NCBI GenBank assembly: GCA_040217195.1
Contig: JAVJNR010000008.1
Location: 384,001 to 448,000, forward strand
DNA from: Leptospiraceae bacterium
GTDB lineage: Bacteria; Spirochaetota; Leptospiria; Leptospirales; Leptonemataceae
Direction of reading: 5' to 3'
Length of the DNA: 64,000 bases
How positions within the stretch are numbered: the first letter of the stretch is position 1; every line of letters begins with the position of its first letter. The notes beneath the pieces are model-generated. The model worked only from the letters and a program-made list of their open reading frames with translations, did not search any database and had not been told where the DNA came from. The translations under genes and the position numbers were made by a program. Of this stretch, positions 19,134 through 29,146 are shown one piece after another.

Positions 19134-22100
19134 TTACTCCACCACCTGTATTGCATCGGCGCTCCGACCGAAAATCTCGGGCTCATACATGCTGTAGGCA
19201 CTGGCTGCCGGATACAGAGCCTGTCCCCGAAACAGTGGCCTGATTAGATACACGAACTGATGCGCCCCCGCGGGCAGATAGGTTTGCACAACTTCAAAGG
19301 CATCATCCCGATGATCTATCAGGGCCGGGCTGGCCCACCAGTAGCTGTCCGAAGATTGGGTTCTCAAGCCACTGGCACTGAAGGATTCGGTGGCAAATCC
19401 AGTGTTTACAATTTCACTATGAGATGGTAGAGGATCTCTTAATATGAAATGGCTCAGAGGTCTGGTTGTTGTAACGGTGATACGCACCAGATAGATTCTT
19501 CCTCGCTTCATTTCATCTTCGCCGGCCACAAATGGAGATGTACTGCCCTTGCCCAGAGCCTGGTCCAGGGGTTGAATCGTTCTGTGCACCTCGATTCCTT
19601 CATCAGCCGGTTCCGGGCGCAGAGGAGGGATTGTGTACTGCATCCAGGTAGTGTAGTAAAGTTGACCGGGGCCCCTGGAGACAAAGTCAAAATTCTGTAG
19701 CGAGCCGGTATAGAATTCCTTCAATTGATCTGCAGAAAGCTTGAGGTTTTTCTCAGGATCTTTTTCGGTTAGTTTTCCATCAAAAATGGATTTCTTGCCC
19801 ATCGTTATTGAATAACCGGTATCGGCACTCTTCTCAATTTTTTCATGGTAGTTGGCAAGGGCCAGAGCCATCAAAGCCTCTGAATGGCTGGAGGATTTGT
19901 AAGGATTGCGAACAATCACCGATTGAACCAACCTGGGCACCAGTGGATGCTGTGGCTTCCAGGCAGTCAGTACTCTCAACCATAGAGCAACGGTTCCTTC
20001 TTCCGAGTAAAAAGCCCTGGAATAGGAGAACGAAACCCTTTCCTGAAGTTCTGCTCTTCTTGCATTCCATCGCACCTGGTTCTGGAACCTCTGGAGCAAT
20101 TGCTCGGACACGGATGCATCCAATTGGATGGCGCCAGATTCCAGGTCCGAAAGCAGCAGGTAAGCGCTGGAGCGTAAAGACAGATCATCTCTATGCTTGA
20201 CCAGATAGTCTGTTAGCCCGGCAACCGGACGATCTCGAAGAACATAGTTGATAAGAGACAGAGTTTCCAGCAGATACCCCCGGAAGTCTTTCTCCGGATT
20301 CTTACTGTAGTTTCTCAGGTATGCTTCAGCTCTTGCCAGGGTTCGTGCAGAAACCGGACGACCTCTCTTTTTGGCCTCCTGAAGCACCAGAAATACATAG
20401 GCCGTGGTATAAGGAGAAGATAGGCCGCTGGTATCTTCTTTCCAGAGTCTGAAACCTCCATTCGCATTCTGAAACTCCCCTATAGAATCAAGAACAAGAT
20501 CCTCCAGTTGTGCCCGGGAATATTTGCCCATGAACTTTTCTGGCAGGTATCTTTCCGGAGTGACCAGAGAAACAAGGTACGCACTACTTCGCTGTTCCAG
20601 ACATAGATAAGGATATCTGTCAAAATAGTAGAATGCTCCTTCCAGAGCCTGCAGGACTGTGGAGCTCAATTGAATTTCCACTTCTGCCGGGTATTCCGCA
20701 GGGTCCGGAATGGAAATGAACTCCTCTCCTTTTTGATCGCTGGTTGCCATACCAGTGGTTGCAAATGCCTCTCTGTATCTTTCAATCAATATTGGAAATT
20801 GGAATTCCATGGCATCCAGGGTACGGCCATTTTCGCTTGCATCAAAACTACCCTTTAGCTCCGTTCCAGAAACAGGAAGCTCTGCTTTTTTTTCAGGCAT
20901 TGGTAGCCAGCAGGTCTCTGTTGCTTCGCCGGTTTCGCCCGCAGAGAGGCTCATATTCTTGCTCAAAGGCTTTTCACATTTCAGTCCCTCTAGCTTCATC
21001 TGAAGCTTCAAGTTCTTCTTCGCATTGGTGGAATTGATAACCAGTGAGCCCACTTCCAGTTTATCTCCTGGACGAATGAATCGGGGAATTAGCTTCTGGA
21101 TTACAATGTCCCTTCGCACCTGGATTTCATAGTCTGTCTTCGCATAGCCTCCATCTCTGGCCGCCATGGCCATAAAACGAAAGGTAGTGAGGTTATCTGG
21201 CAGCTTGAACGTAAACTGAATCTCTCCTTTACTATTCGCTTTCAGAGTAGGATTCCAGTACGCAGTGTATTTGAAATTTCTGCGGGTGGACTGATCCCCG
21301 TCCAGGCCAAAACCGCCTGAATCCTGTTCATCACCTCCGCCGCCCGGACTGTCGCCTTTGGTGGCCAGCAGAAGTTGCTCTATCAAGGAGCCTCGATTCT
21401 CCAGCACCCGAACTCCAAGAGGCCATCCGGAATACATGGCTTGCACGGGATCGGAGAAATTATAATTCAAAAGATCCAGAACAGCACGATCAGCCACGGA
21501 TAGCGCTACCTCTGCGTTGGGCACGGTGCGAATGGTAGTTGTTACTTCCATTCCTGGCTTACAGGGATCACAGCTAGTCTTAATAGTTAGTGGAATTCTC
21601 TTTTGCTCACTGGAAACGTTTAGTCTTATCATTCCCATCTTGAACTGAGGTTTACCCGGATCTTCGGTGCGAGTGGGATTGGCCTCGGTTCTGGGGCGAA
21701 TTAGCATCACCCCCACATGAATTTCAGGAAGGTATTCTCCCTTGATGGGCACCTGAATGCTCTGAGCCGAAGATGTGAGCTCGATCGTTCGCTGCTCGAA
21801 AACCTTTTCTCGTTCTACAGTAATTATTGCCGTTGCATTCTTATAAGGGGACTGAATCAGAATACTGGCCGTATCGCCGGGCTTATAGTCCGTTTGCTCG
21901 GGAATCAGTTCAATTCTATCATCTCTGGAAAGACCCCAGTAACCGTAACCACTTCCGCCGGCATAAAAGGGAACCCTTGCATAGGCTCCGGAAGAAGTCC
22001 GTGCAACTATGAAATAGGAGCCGGCTTCTCTGGGCGTAAAGCTATACTCCACGGGGCTGGCCCCGGTTTCCAGACTGTCCTTGCTCACTCTCTCCAGGGT

Positions 22101-24896
22101 TTCCGTGGTTTCATTTCGAGCGGAACCACCAGGACCTCTGGTTTCACTTGTGCGATAGACCCGGCGAAAGACTTCAATCGTTAGATCAGCGCTTTCAACT
22201 CGCTTATTCTTATTTAATGCAATAAGCTGAAATTTAGCCGGCTGGCCGGCGGCAACGAAGTACCGCAGACGTTTGATTCCAGGGAATACTTCGTCTGCAA
22301 AAACCGTTGCAGATCTGGTTGTAGAAACTGACCGATCCCCCAGATCCCGAACCTGGTTTTCTACCGTTAGCGTCAGATGTGGCTTGAGTTCAATATTGCC
22401 TGCATTCTCAGTTTCAAGAATTAGCGGCTTCTTATGCGCCAGATTTGTCCGGAAAGCATGTCTCATCTCTCCTTTTCCATCCAGCGTTCCTTCCAGGCGA
22501 GCCACCAGCCCCTGTGAGGTGGATTCATATTCATCGTACACCCAGTCACCAAAGGCAAAGCCTCGGAAACGAGAGTCGGAGATATCTGTACTGTTTGCGT
22601 ACAGGCTCAAGGTAGAACTGGCCCCACTCATTGGAGCACCAAATAAATAAACTCCTCGAGCCACCAGATCAAGCGTGGAGCCATCCACAGAATCCTGCAC
22701 TCCGTCAATGGAAGCCGAGAAGGTAGCCGGTCTGAACTCCTCAACCTGGAAGGTAGCGGACAACTCTCGGTCAGGGAATCCGTCTATGCCCTTTACAGGC
22801 CTTCCATTTATTTCCATGAGTCTCAGCTGGACTGTATAATGACCGGTGGGAGCATCCTTTTCCGTATCCAGGGATAGATCTACTCCCCCTTCATCGGTAC
22901 CGCTGAGCATTCCTTCCTTGATTACTTTACCCCTGGAATTCGTTACTGTGGCAAAAACCTTACCCTTGTTCTTGCTCAGCGCTTCCAGTTTTCCATGACT
23001 TAGAAGTGCAAGGAAGGCTTTGATATGGATCTGCTCCCCCGGACGATACAGTCTGCGGTCAAACTCAATAAGTCCCTTGAGATCCGGATACCCGGCTGTA
23101 TAGTCGAAATAAGACGATACACTCCATGTATAGCGATAATGATCTCTTGAAGTAAGAAATGCTCGATCCTCTTTGGTACTGGCAACAACCAGAGTGCCGG
23201 ACGTGAGCCTGTCCTGGTTTCTCTTAACTTCGCAGTACCCTTTTGCATCAGTCTTGCAGCTTCCATGTTTGCTGGAAATTGTATACGCATCCACTGTGGC
23301 ATCGCTCACAGGCTTATTGTTGCTCAGTTTATGAACCCAGACATGAATTCCACGGGGACTTTCTTTTACGATCATGCCGAGATCAGTGGATTGCAAAATT
23401 CGGTAGGAGCTCTCTCGTTGTTTGCGATCCTTCCAGTCCAGGGTATCGGCGGCTACATAAACCGCGACCCAGCCTCTCTTCTTGCTGTCTAAATATGGAG
23501 AAAAATCTACACCAAAGGTGGCTGCATCCACAGGTTTTAGATTTGTCTTTATCTCCCTGGTCTTGTAGCTTAACTTTTTTAGATAGGAACTGCTGCTACT
23601 ATTGGCCAGATACTGCTGAATATCGGAAACATCCAGTGCTCGATGCCCTACAGTGAATTCAGGTATGGCAGCCATGCTGGCTGCCACCTGCTGCTTCATT
23701 TCGGATTCAATTACTTCGGAGGTTCCATATCGCATGGAAAAGTCCGGTCGATAGACCGGTAGCTGGACTTCGAATTTATGACTCTTTGCCAGCTTATTTC
23801 CCATCACATCAGTTAATCCAGCAGATACATGGATGGTAACGGTTTGTCCGGCTTCTACGGGCCATTCCCGGACAGACATAAAGGTTGTTTCATCTTCATC
23901 CGGAGTACTTCGCTTTAAGGGTGGATCCAGGCGAATATGTTGCAATGCTGTAGCTGGATTTACCGGGTTGTTAAATCGCAAACCAACTCCCCAGGCATCC
24001 TGAAAGTACTTCTTTTTTTCACTCAAACTAACTTCCAGAGGTCCGTAGGTCTGATACGTAATGACTGCTTCCTGCTCCAGGCCGTCGTTGCCACCTTCCG
24101 GCGGTAATCCCTTACCAAGGATAATCTGAATCTTTGCATTTCTGGGCAATTCTTCCTTGGGAATCAGTCGAACGCGGCTCCGGGACTCCTCCGATTCCAG
24201 GTCAGAATCATCCGAATCATCCATACGATAGGTTGCCTCAAAGCCCACCGGTCGACCATTGGCCAGGATTTTGCCCATTCGCTGAATATCTCTTATAGAT
24301 ACCGGGTAATTAAAATAGAGCTTAAATTCCTCTTCGTATCGAATGCGATTGCCGGAATAGGGATAGGAATAATGAAGCTTTAAAGGCGGAGTTCTGAAAG
24401 AAAACGAATAGGACTTTGCCATTTCCTTTCCGTTCAGTGCTTTCTGTTCTGGCACGGTAATCTTGTAGGAGCTACCGGGCTTCAGTGGTTCCTCCGGAAT
24501 AAAGGCGGCCACCCTGGTGCCGTACCAGCGGATCTTGCCTTTGATGGCAGGCTCAATACGAAAGGACTCTCGTTTTGCCTCTTCGACCCGCCCCAGAGGG
24601 ACCATCGGATGATTGAATACTACAATGATTTCCTGTTCCAGCTGAGCCGTTTCCAGAAGCCCTCGGGGACTGGCCTGAATTACTTCCAGGATGTTTGGAT
24701 TGGGAGCGCCGGGCTCCTCCAGAGGATTGGATATGGCGGCCGGTAAGGCCTCCAGGGGCCGATCCACAGCCCTCCAGAGACCAGCAAGCAGCAGACTCAG
24801 AAATCCGGATAAGAAAACGAAGGCCACAGCCGGAATAATCCCGGCTCTTCCATGGATTCTAAAATAGGCTCGAATAGGAGCAAAAGGTTTAAGCAT
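19134..24896 (-). CDS. Bacterial alpha-2-macroglobulin with thioester motif
   Basis: Ig-like N-terminal domains, DRRLYRPGE, FQVEEFRP, RRNFKYTAYWNP, LPDNLTTF, thioester YPYLCLEQ and C-terminal MYEPEIFGRS. Start placed at ATG 24896 before the TM segment. Confidence 0.95.
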   Translation of the reverse strand: MLKPFAPIRAYFRIHGRAGIIPAVAFVFLSGFLSLLLAGLWRAVDRPLEALPAAISNPLEEPGAPNPNILEVIQASPRGLLETAQLEQEIIVVFNHPMVPLGRVEEAKRESFRIEPAIKGKIRWYGTRVAAFIPEEPLKPGSSYKITVPEQKALNGKEMAKSYSFSFRTPPLKLHYSYPYSGNRIRYEEEFKLYFNYPVSIRDIQRMGKILANGRPVGFEATYRMDDSDDSDLESEESRSRVRLIPKEELPRNAKIQIILGKGLPPEGGNDGLEQEAVITYQTYGPLEVSLSEKKKYFQDAWGVGLRFNNPVNPATALQHIRLDPPLKRSTPDEDETTFMSVREWPVEAGQTVTIHVSAGLTDVMGNKLAKSHKFEVQLPVYRPDFSMRYGTSEVIESEMKQQVAASMAAIPEFTVGHRALDVSDIQQYLANSSSSSYLKKLSYKTREIKTNLKPVDAATFGVDFSPYLDSKKRGWVAVYVAADTLDWKDRKQRESSYRILQSTDLGMIVKESPRGIHVWVHKLSNNKPVSDATVDAYTISSKHGSCKTDAKGYCEVKRNQDRLTSGTLVVASTKEDRAFLTSRDHYRYTWSVSSYFDYTAGYPDLKGLIEFDRRLYRPGEQIHIKAFLALLSHGKLEALSKNKGKVFATVTNSRGKVIKEGMLSGTDEGGVDLSLDTEKDAPTGHYTVQLRLMEINGRPVKGIDGFPDRELSATFQVEEFRPATFSASIDGVQDSVDGSTLDLVARGVYLFGAPMSGASSTLSLYANSTDISDSRFRGFAFGDWVYDEYESTSQGLVARLEGTLDGKGEMRHAFRTNLAHKKPLILETENAGNIELKPHLTLTVENQVRDLGDRSVSTTRSATVFADEVFPGIKRLRYFVAAGQPAKFQLIALNKNKRVESADLTIEVFRRVYRTSETRGPGGSARNETTETLERVSKDSLETGASPVEYSFTPREAGSYFIVARTSSGAYARVPFYAGGSGYGYWGLSRDDRIELIPEQTDYKPGDTASILIQSPYKNATAIITVEREKVFEQRTIELTSSAQSIQVPIKGEYLPEIHVGVMLIRPRTEANPTRTEDPGKPQFKMGMIRLNVSSEQKRIPLTIKTSCDPCKPGMEVTTTIRTVPNAEVALSVADRAVLDLLNYNFSDPVQAMYSGWPLGVRVLENRGSLIEQLLLATKGDSPGGGGDEQDSGGFGLDGDQSTRRNFKYTAYWNPTLKANSKGEIQFTFKLPDNLTTFRFMAMAARDGGYAKTDYEIQVRRDIVIQKLIPRFIRPGDKLEVGSLVINSTNAKKNLKLQMKLEGLKCEKPLSKNMSLSAGETGEATETCWLPMPEKKAELPVSGTELKGSFDASENGRTLDAMEFQFPILIERYREAFATTGMATSDQKGEEFISIPDPAEYPAEVEIQLSSTVLQALEGAFYYFDRYPYLCLEQRSSAYLVSLVTPERYLPEKFMGKYSRAQLEDLVLDSIGEFQNANGGFRLWKEDTSGLSSPYTTAYVFLVLQEAKKRGRPVSARTLARAEAYLRNYSKNPEKDFRGYLLETLSLINYVLRDRPVAGLTDYLVKHRDDLSLRSSAYLLLSDLESGAIQLDASVSEQLLQRFQNQVRWNARRAELQERVSFSYSRAFYSEEGTVALWLRVLTAWKPQHPLVPRLVQSVIVRNPYKSSSHSEALMALALANYHEKIEKSADTGYSITMGKKSIFDGKLTEKDPEKNLKLSADQLKEFYTGSLQNFDFVSRGPGQLYYTTWMQYTIPPLRPEPADEGIEVHRTIQPLDQALGKGSTSPFVAGEDEMKRGRIYLVRITVTTTRPLSHFILRDPLPSHSEIVNTGFATESFSASGLRTQSSDSYWWASPALIDHRDDAFEVVQTYLPAGAHQFVYLIRPLFRGQALYPAASAYSMYEPEIFGRSADAIQVVE

Positions 24897-24939
24897 AATT
24901 TTTCCTGTATTTGCAGGATTGGGCCGATATTTAGACTGT

Positions 24940-25977
24940 ATGCGACCGTATCCGGGGAACTTATTTTTCGAAAAGGCCCAGCTTTTTACAAGCAAAACCG
25001 CGCCATCTGTCCGTTTACTGCTACTGATTCTGGGCCTCTTTTTCCTGTCCCCATCGATTCAAGAAAACTCTGTAGCCCATTTGCCAGGGCCATCACCCCT
25101 GGGCGCGGAAAGTCCGGATTATTCCAATATGGGTGCACTCCTGAAAACCAACCGACAGGACATGGAATTCATTAATGTGGCGCTCAGCAATTTGCCTGTT
25201 ACTCCGGAAAATAATCAACAGCCCAGCGAGGGACTGCAAACCGGCCTTGCCCTGAAAGAAAAGCTAAGTGAGAAAATGAAATTGGCCGTGGAGCATGACT
25301 TCTTCGCCGGCATCTATTATTTACAGGGAAATTACGGCCATACCTACCGAGAGCTCAGCACATCCAGAAATCTACTCCAGCAAGTCTATAAAGAGATTCT
25401 GGAATACTACATTGATGGTACCTGGATTCTTCTGGAGTCCGCGGCACCCATTATCCTGCGCACCCAGGATGCCAAATCCAAACATTTTCTCCAACTGGGA
25501 TTTCGTGACCTGGAATCCTCCAGGCTTTTTCATCAACGGGGCAGCAACATAGGCAAGAAACTATATACGAATCAAATCAATTTCTACAAACAGGGAATCA
25601 AGCGAGTGCGCAGATCCCGCAAATACGGAGTACTTGCAATCCTGGAATCCAGAACGCCCATCGAAGAGAAGAAGGAATATCAGTACGTAAGCTACGATGA
25701 AGTGCGTAATCCTTCTATTACCGAAGATGTGAAAGAATACGATCGAGTATTGAACCGAATGATTGGACTGATAAGCAGACAACTGGTAGATTCTAGCATA
25801 AAATCATCGACTCGCGGCTATCCCATCGAACTGGATCTTATCAAGATGCATCAGGATAATTTCGGAGCCATTATACCGGACCATCCCCATCTCTTAAATC
25901 GCTTCCTTTCTGAAGTGGAAACTGCAAAATTTCATGAACGTCAGAAATTGCCGGAACGCAGTCGGCAGGGACGGTAA
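24940..25977 (+). CDS. OmpL37-like surface/outer-membrane protein
   Basis: Hydrophobic signal, then SPDYSNMG..FINVALSN, YLQGNY, LLESAAPIILR, LGFRDL, GIKRVRRSRKY, EYQYVS and HQDNFG blocks resembling recalled Leptospira OmpL37. Start uncertain. Confidence 0.7.
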   Translation: MRPYPGNLFFEKAQLFTSKTAPSVRLLLLILGLFFLSPSIQENSVAHLPGPSPLGAESPDYSNMGALLKTNRQDMEFINVALSNLPVTPENNQQPSEGLQTGLALKEKLSEKMKLAVEHDFFAGIYYLQGNYGHTYRELSTSRNLLQQVYKEILEYYIDGTWILLESAAPIILRTQDAKSKHFLQLGFRDLESSRLFHQRGSNIGKKLYTNQINFYKQGIKRVRRSRKYGVLAILESRTPIEEKKEYQYVSYDEVRNPSITEDVKEYDRVLNRMIGLISRQLVDSSIKSSTRGYPIELDLIKMHQDNFGAIIPDHPHLLNRFLSEVETAKFHERQKLPERSRQGR

Positions 25978-26102
25978 GTCCTGATACCATCAAACATCTG
26001 CGCCAGAATTCCCCCGGTCCAGAGATCTCGATCTGACCTCCGCGCTGAATCAACGACAATTCAGCACTGGCCACCGAAAATGGGAATGATTACACTTATC
26101 TA

Positions 26103-26324
26103 ATGGCCAGGATGTTAATGATTACCGGCGCTTTGATTTTCGGAGTCGGTCTTCTAATCTTTCTCGCAAGCCGATTCGGAGGGCCCTTTAGCTGGCCGGG
26201 GCATCTGCCAGGAGACATTCGAATAGAAAAAGAGAACTTCTCTTTCTATTTTCCACTAACTACAAGTATACTGATCAGTGTTGTGTTGTCCGCACTTCTA
26301 TATCTAATTTCCAGATTTCGCTAA
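26103..26324 (+). CDS. DUF2905 small membrane protein
   Basis: GHLPGDIRIEKENFSFYFPLTTSILISVVLS signature between two TM helices. Confidence 0.88.
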   Translation: MARMLMITGALIFGVGLLIFLASRFGGPFSWPGHLPGDIRIEKENFSFYFPLTTSILISVVLSALLYLISRFR

Positions 26325-26482
26325 TGGACTACCGGGGATGTCGGTGCCATGCAGCGAAACCGTCTTCGGCGATGAACTGAGATACCAGAGAAGCTAGACC
26401 GCTTCAAGTATGACTACATCCCCTACGAAATGCAGAGGGATGGATCAAATCAGGGCACAAGACGGAGACCACTTCAGGCCTT

Positions 26483-26899
26483 CTATTCGGAGCTAACGCC
26501 TGGTCCGTTTCCCGAGCCGGGACGACCTTCCGAATCCCTTCGGCCCAGCAGTAGATTCAGGCTGGATTCTACGATAGTAGTACCTGATTTGGTCATGGCT
26601 CGCACCGTATCTTCTACCATTTGCCCCGATAGAGCATCTGTGATGGCTTCTCGAAAACCGGAGCGCACCTCTTCTTTGAACCGTGGCAGCATGGATTCTC
26701 CAGCTTCTTCCACTCCGTCTTTCAGTCGTTGCTTGACTATTTCTGCGTACTCATCCAGCTCTTCTTCCAGCTTGGCCGCAACCCTGGACCTGTAATAGTA
26801 GTAAAAAACCAGACCAGTCAGGATAGCACTTAGAACAGCTGTAAACAGAGAGGCAGCCAGTACAACCAGATAAAATTCAAGACCCAGCGAGGCATTCAT
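26483..26899 (-). CDS. Hypothetical membrane-anchored helical protein
   Basis: N-terminal TM followed by amphipathic helices. ATGA overlap with the uvrD stop. Confidence 0.65.
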   Translation of the reverse strand: MNASLGLEFYLVVLAASLFTAVLSAILTGLVFYYYYRSRVAAKLEEELDEYAEIVKQRLKDGVEEAGESMLPRFKEEVRSGFREAITDALSGQMVEDTVRAMTKSGTTIVESSLNLLLGRRDSEGRPGSGNGPGVSSE

Positions 26900-28980
26900 A
26901 GACTGACTTTCAGATTATTTCGAAGATCGGTCAACCATTCTTCCATTTCATCCTTCTTTCGTTCCGCCATCTGACTTACGCTGTGATCTTCCCGATCCAG
27001 CAGTTCCTCCGGGATTTCATCCAGGAATCGGGAAGGTTCCTTTTCTTCCGTTTCGCCGAACCTTCTGCGAGTGCGGCTTGCGGTCAAAAAAAGCTTCTTC
27101 ATGGCCCGGGTTATGCCTACATAGCAAAGTCGTCGCTCCTCTTCCAGAGCTGCTTCCGGATTATCAGATTCCGAAATGGAACGCTCGCCCGGAAAAATTC
27201 CCTCCATCATTCCGGTTAGAAATACAGTGGGAAACTCCAGGCCTTTGGAAAGATGCAACGTCAATAGCTGAACTCTGCCTCGGGGATTGTCATCGTCCTC
27301 ATCGCTGGCCTGTAGACTAATTCTGGCCAGAAAGTCAAAAAGACCCGGCGGATTGGGATCCTCCCAGTTGCCTTCAAAGAAGGCCAGCATGTTGGTTAAT
27401 TCTGAAAGGTTGAGCATCCTGGCCCGTACTGCATTTTCATCGGAACCTTCGCGCATGAATTCATGCTCCCAGTTCAATTCCTGAATCATGGTAGAAAGAA
27501 CCGGAGCCAGCTTACGGGCGCGGGAAAACTCCTTTTTGTATTTCTCTATGAATTCCACAAATTCATAGATTGCGCTTACCTGTTTGGATGGAATCCCCGG
27601 AATTAATCCAGGTGTGGAACCGATTCTTTCCAGAGCATGGAAGAAATCCGGCCTTTTCATACCATTTAATTCTGCCTCTTCAGCCATGGTTTGCAAGAAG
27701 GCCCCAATTTTCTGAACACTTCCTTCTCCAATACCTCGACGAGGACGATTCAGGATTCGCAGTAATGATATTTCATCGCTTCGATTGGCTATAACGCGCA
27801 GGTAGGCAAGAAGATCCTTCACTTCCTTGCGATCAAAGAATTTATAGCCTCCCACAACATGATGAGGAATCTGCAGCTTTCTCAGTTCCTGCTCAAAGGC
27901 CCTGGACTGAAAATTGGTTCGATAAAGTATTGCAAAGTCTCCTGGATTCTGAGCAGCATGAATGATGCGATTCTGAATAATATCTGCCACCATCATGGCT
28001 TCCTGTTCTTCATCCTCTGCCATAATCAGAGAGATCTGTTCTCCTTCTTCGCCTGTGGCACGTAGTATTTTCTGAACTCTCTTCGAATTATTCGCAATCA
28101 CTGCATTGGCAGCAGAAAGTATCCTGGAAGAGGATCGATAGTTATGCTCCAGTCTGACAATTTTAGCATCCGGAAAATCGGTCTGAAAGTTCTGTATGAT
28201 TCCGACATCTGCACCGCGCCAGCCATAGATGGACTGATCATCGTCGCCTACTACGCAGAGATTCTTTTCATCACCAACCAGAGATAGTAGCAGTTCGTAC
28301 TGAGTGGGATTCGTATCCTGAAATTCATCGATCATGAAATAGCGAAATCGACGACGATATTTCTCCAGAACCTCTGGGTACTTTTTGAATATCCTGGCCG
28401 GCAGCAGAATTAGATCATCAAAATCTACCGCATTCAAAGATTTCAAACTTGCATGATATCTTTCGTATACATCGCAAAAGAAACCGGCAGAAACAGGCAG
28501 GCTTCGACTGTTGGCCCAGTCTTCATGATGCATGTTGGAGTTCTTGCAGAGTGAAACCATAAAGGGCATGGAATCCTCTTTCACCTGATCCGGGTCCAGT
28601 TTCAGATCTCGGTAGATGCTTGCATAGAGTTGAAGCCCATCATCCGAATCTAGAATGGAGAATGGATCCCTGTAGCCAAGAATTCGAATTTCTTTTTGAA
28701 GTATACGGTTACCAAGTGCATGGAAGGTGGAAAGCACCATGCCTCGCAGTGCTTTGCTTCCGGCCATCCTCTGAAGTCGGTGCTTCATTTCTTTGGCGCT
28801 CTTATTTGTAAAAGATACAGCCACGATGCAGGACGAAGCTATCCCTTGCTGCAGCATGTACTGAATTCGATGGGTGATGACTCGCGTCTTGCCGCTACCG
28901 GCCCCGGCAAATATAAGCAGGGGCCCGCGGACATGATGCACAGCTTCAGCCTGATGGGGGTTCAGCCGGGGACCGGACAC
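26896..28980 (-). CDS. uvrD: UvrD/Rep/PcrA SF1A DNA helicase
   Basis: AGAGSGKT, FTNKSA, IDEFQD, VGDDDQSIYGWRGA, NYRS, SKGLEF and EERRLCYVGITRA. Assignment within the UvrD/Rep/PcrA group is approximate. Confidence 0.93.
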   Translation of the reverse strand: MSGPRLNPHQAEAVHHVRGPLLIFAGAGSGKTRVITHRIQYMLQQGIASSCIVAVSFTNKSAKEMKHRLQRMAGSKALRGMVLSTFHALGNRILQKEIRILGYRDPFSILDSDDGLQLYASIYRDLKLDPDQVKEDSMPFMVSLCKNSNMHHEDWANSRSLPVSAGFFCDVYERYHASLKSLNAVDFDDLILLPARIFKKYPEVLEKYRRRFRYFMIDEFQDTNPTQYELLLSLVGDEKNLCVVGDDDQSIYGWRGADVGIIQNFQTDFPDAKIVRLEHNYRSSSRILSAANAVIANNSKRVQKILRATGEEGEQISLIMAEDEEQEAMMVADIIQNRIIHAAQNPGDFAILYRTNFQSRAFEQELRKLQIPHHVVGGYKFFDRKEVKDLLAYLRVIANRSDEISLLRILNRPRRGIGEGSVQKIGAFLQTMAEEAELNGMKRPDFFHALERIGSTPGLIPGIPSKQVSAIYEFVEFIEKYKKEFSRARKLAPVLSTMIQELNWEHEFMREGSDENAVRARMLNLSELTNMLAFFEGNWEDPNPPGLFDFLARISLQASDEDDDNPRGRVQLLTLHLSKGLEFPTVFLTGMMEGIFPGERSISESDNPEAALEEERRLCYVGITRAMKKLFLTASRTRRRFGETEEKEPSRFLDEIPEELLDREDHSVSQMAERKKDEMEEWLTDLRNNLKVSL

Positions 28981-29146
28981 AAATATCAGGTGACATAATC
29001 GACCGCTACTCAGTCAATAGAGAAATCCTCAATCACCAGAAAAGAATGACAGAGAACGGAAATGAATCGGTCTGGGGCCCTGGCCGTGCACAGAATCCAA
29101 TTTGTCCACAAATTGTGGCCGACCAGTCCTGAAGTAAGAGCCATCC

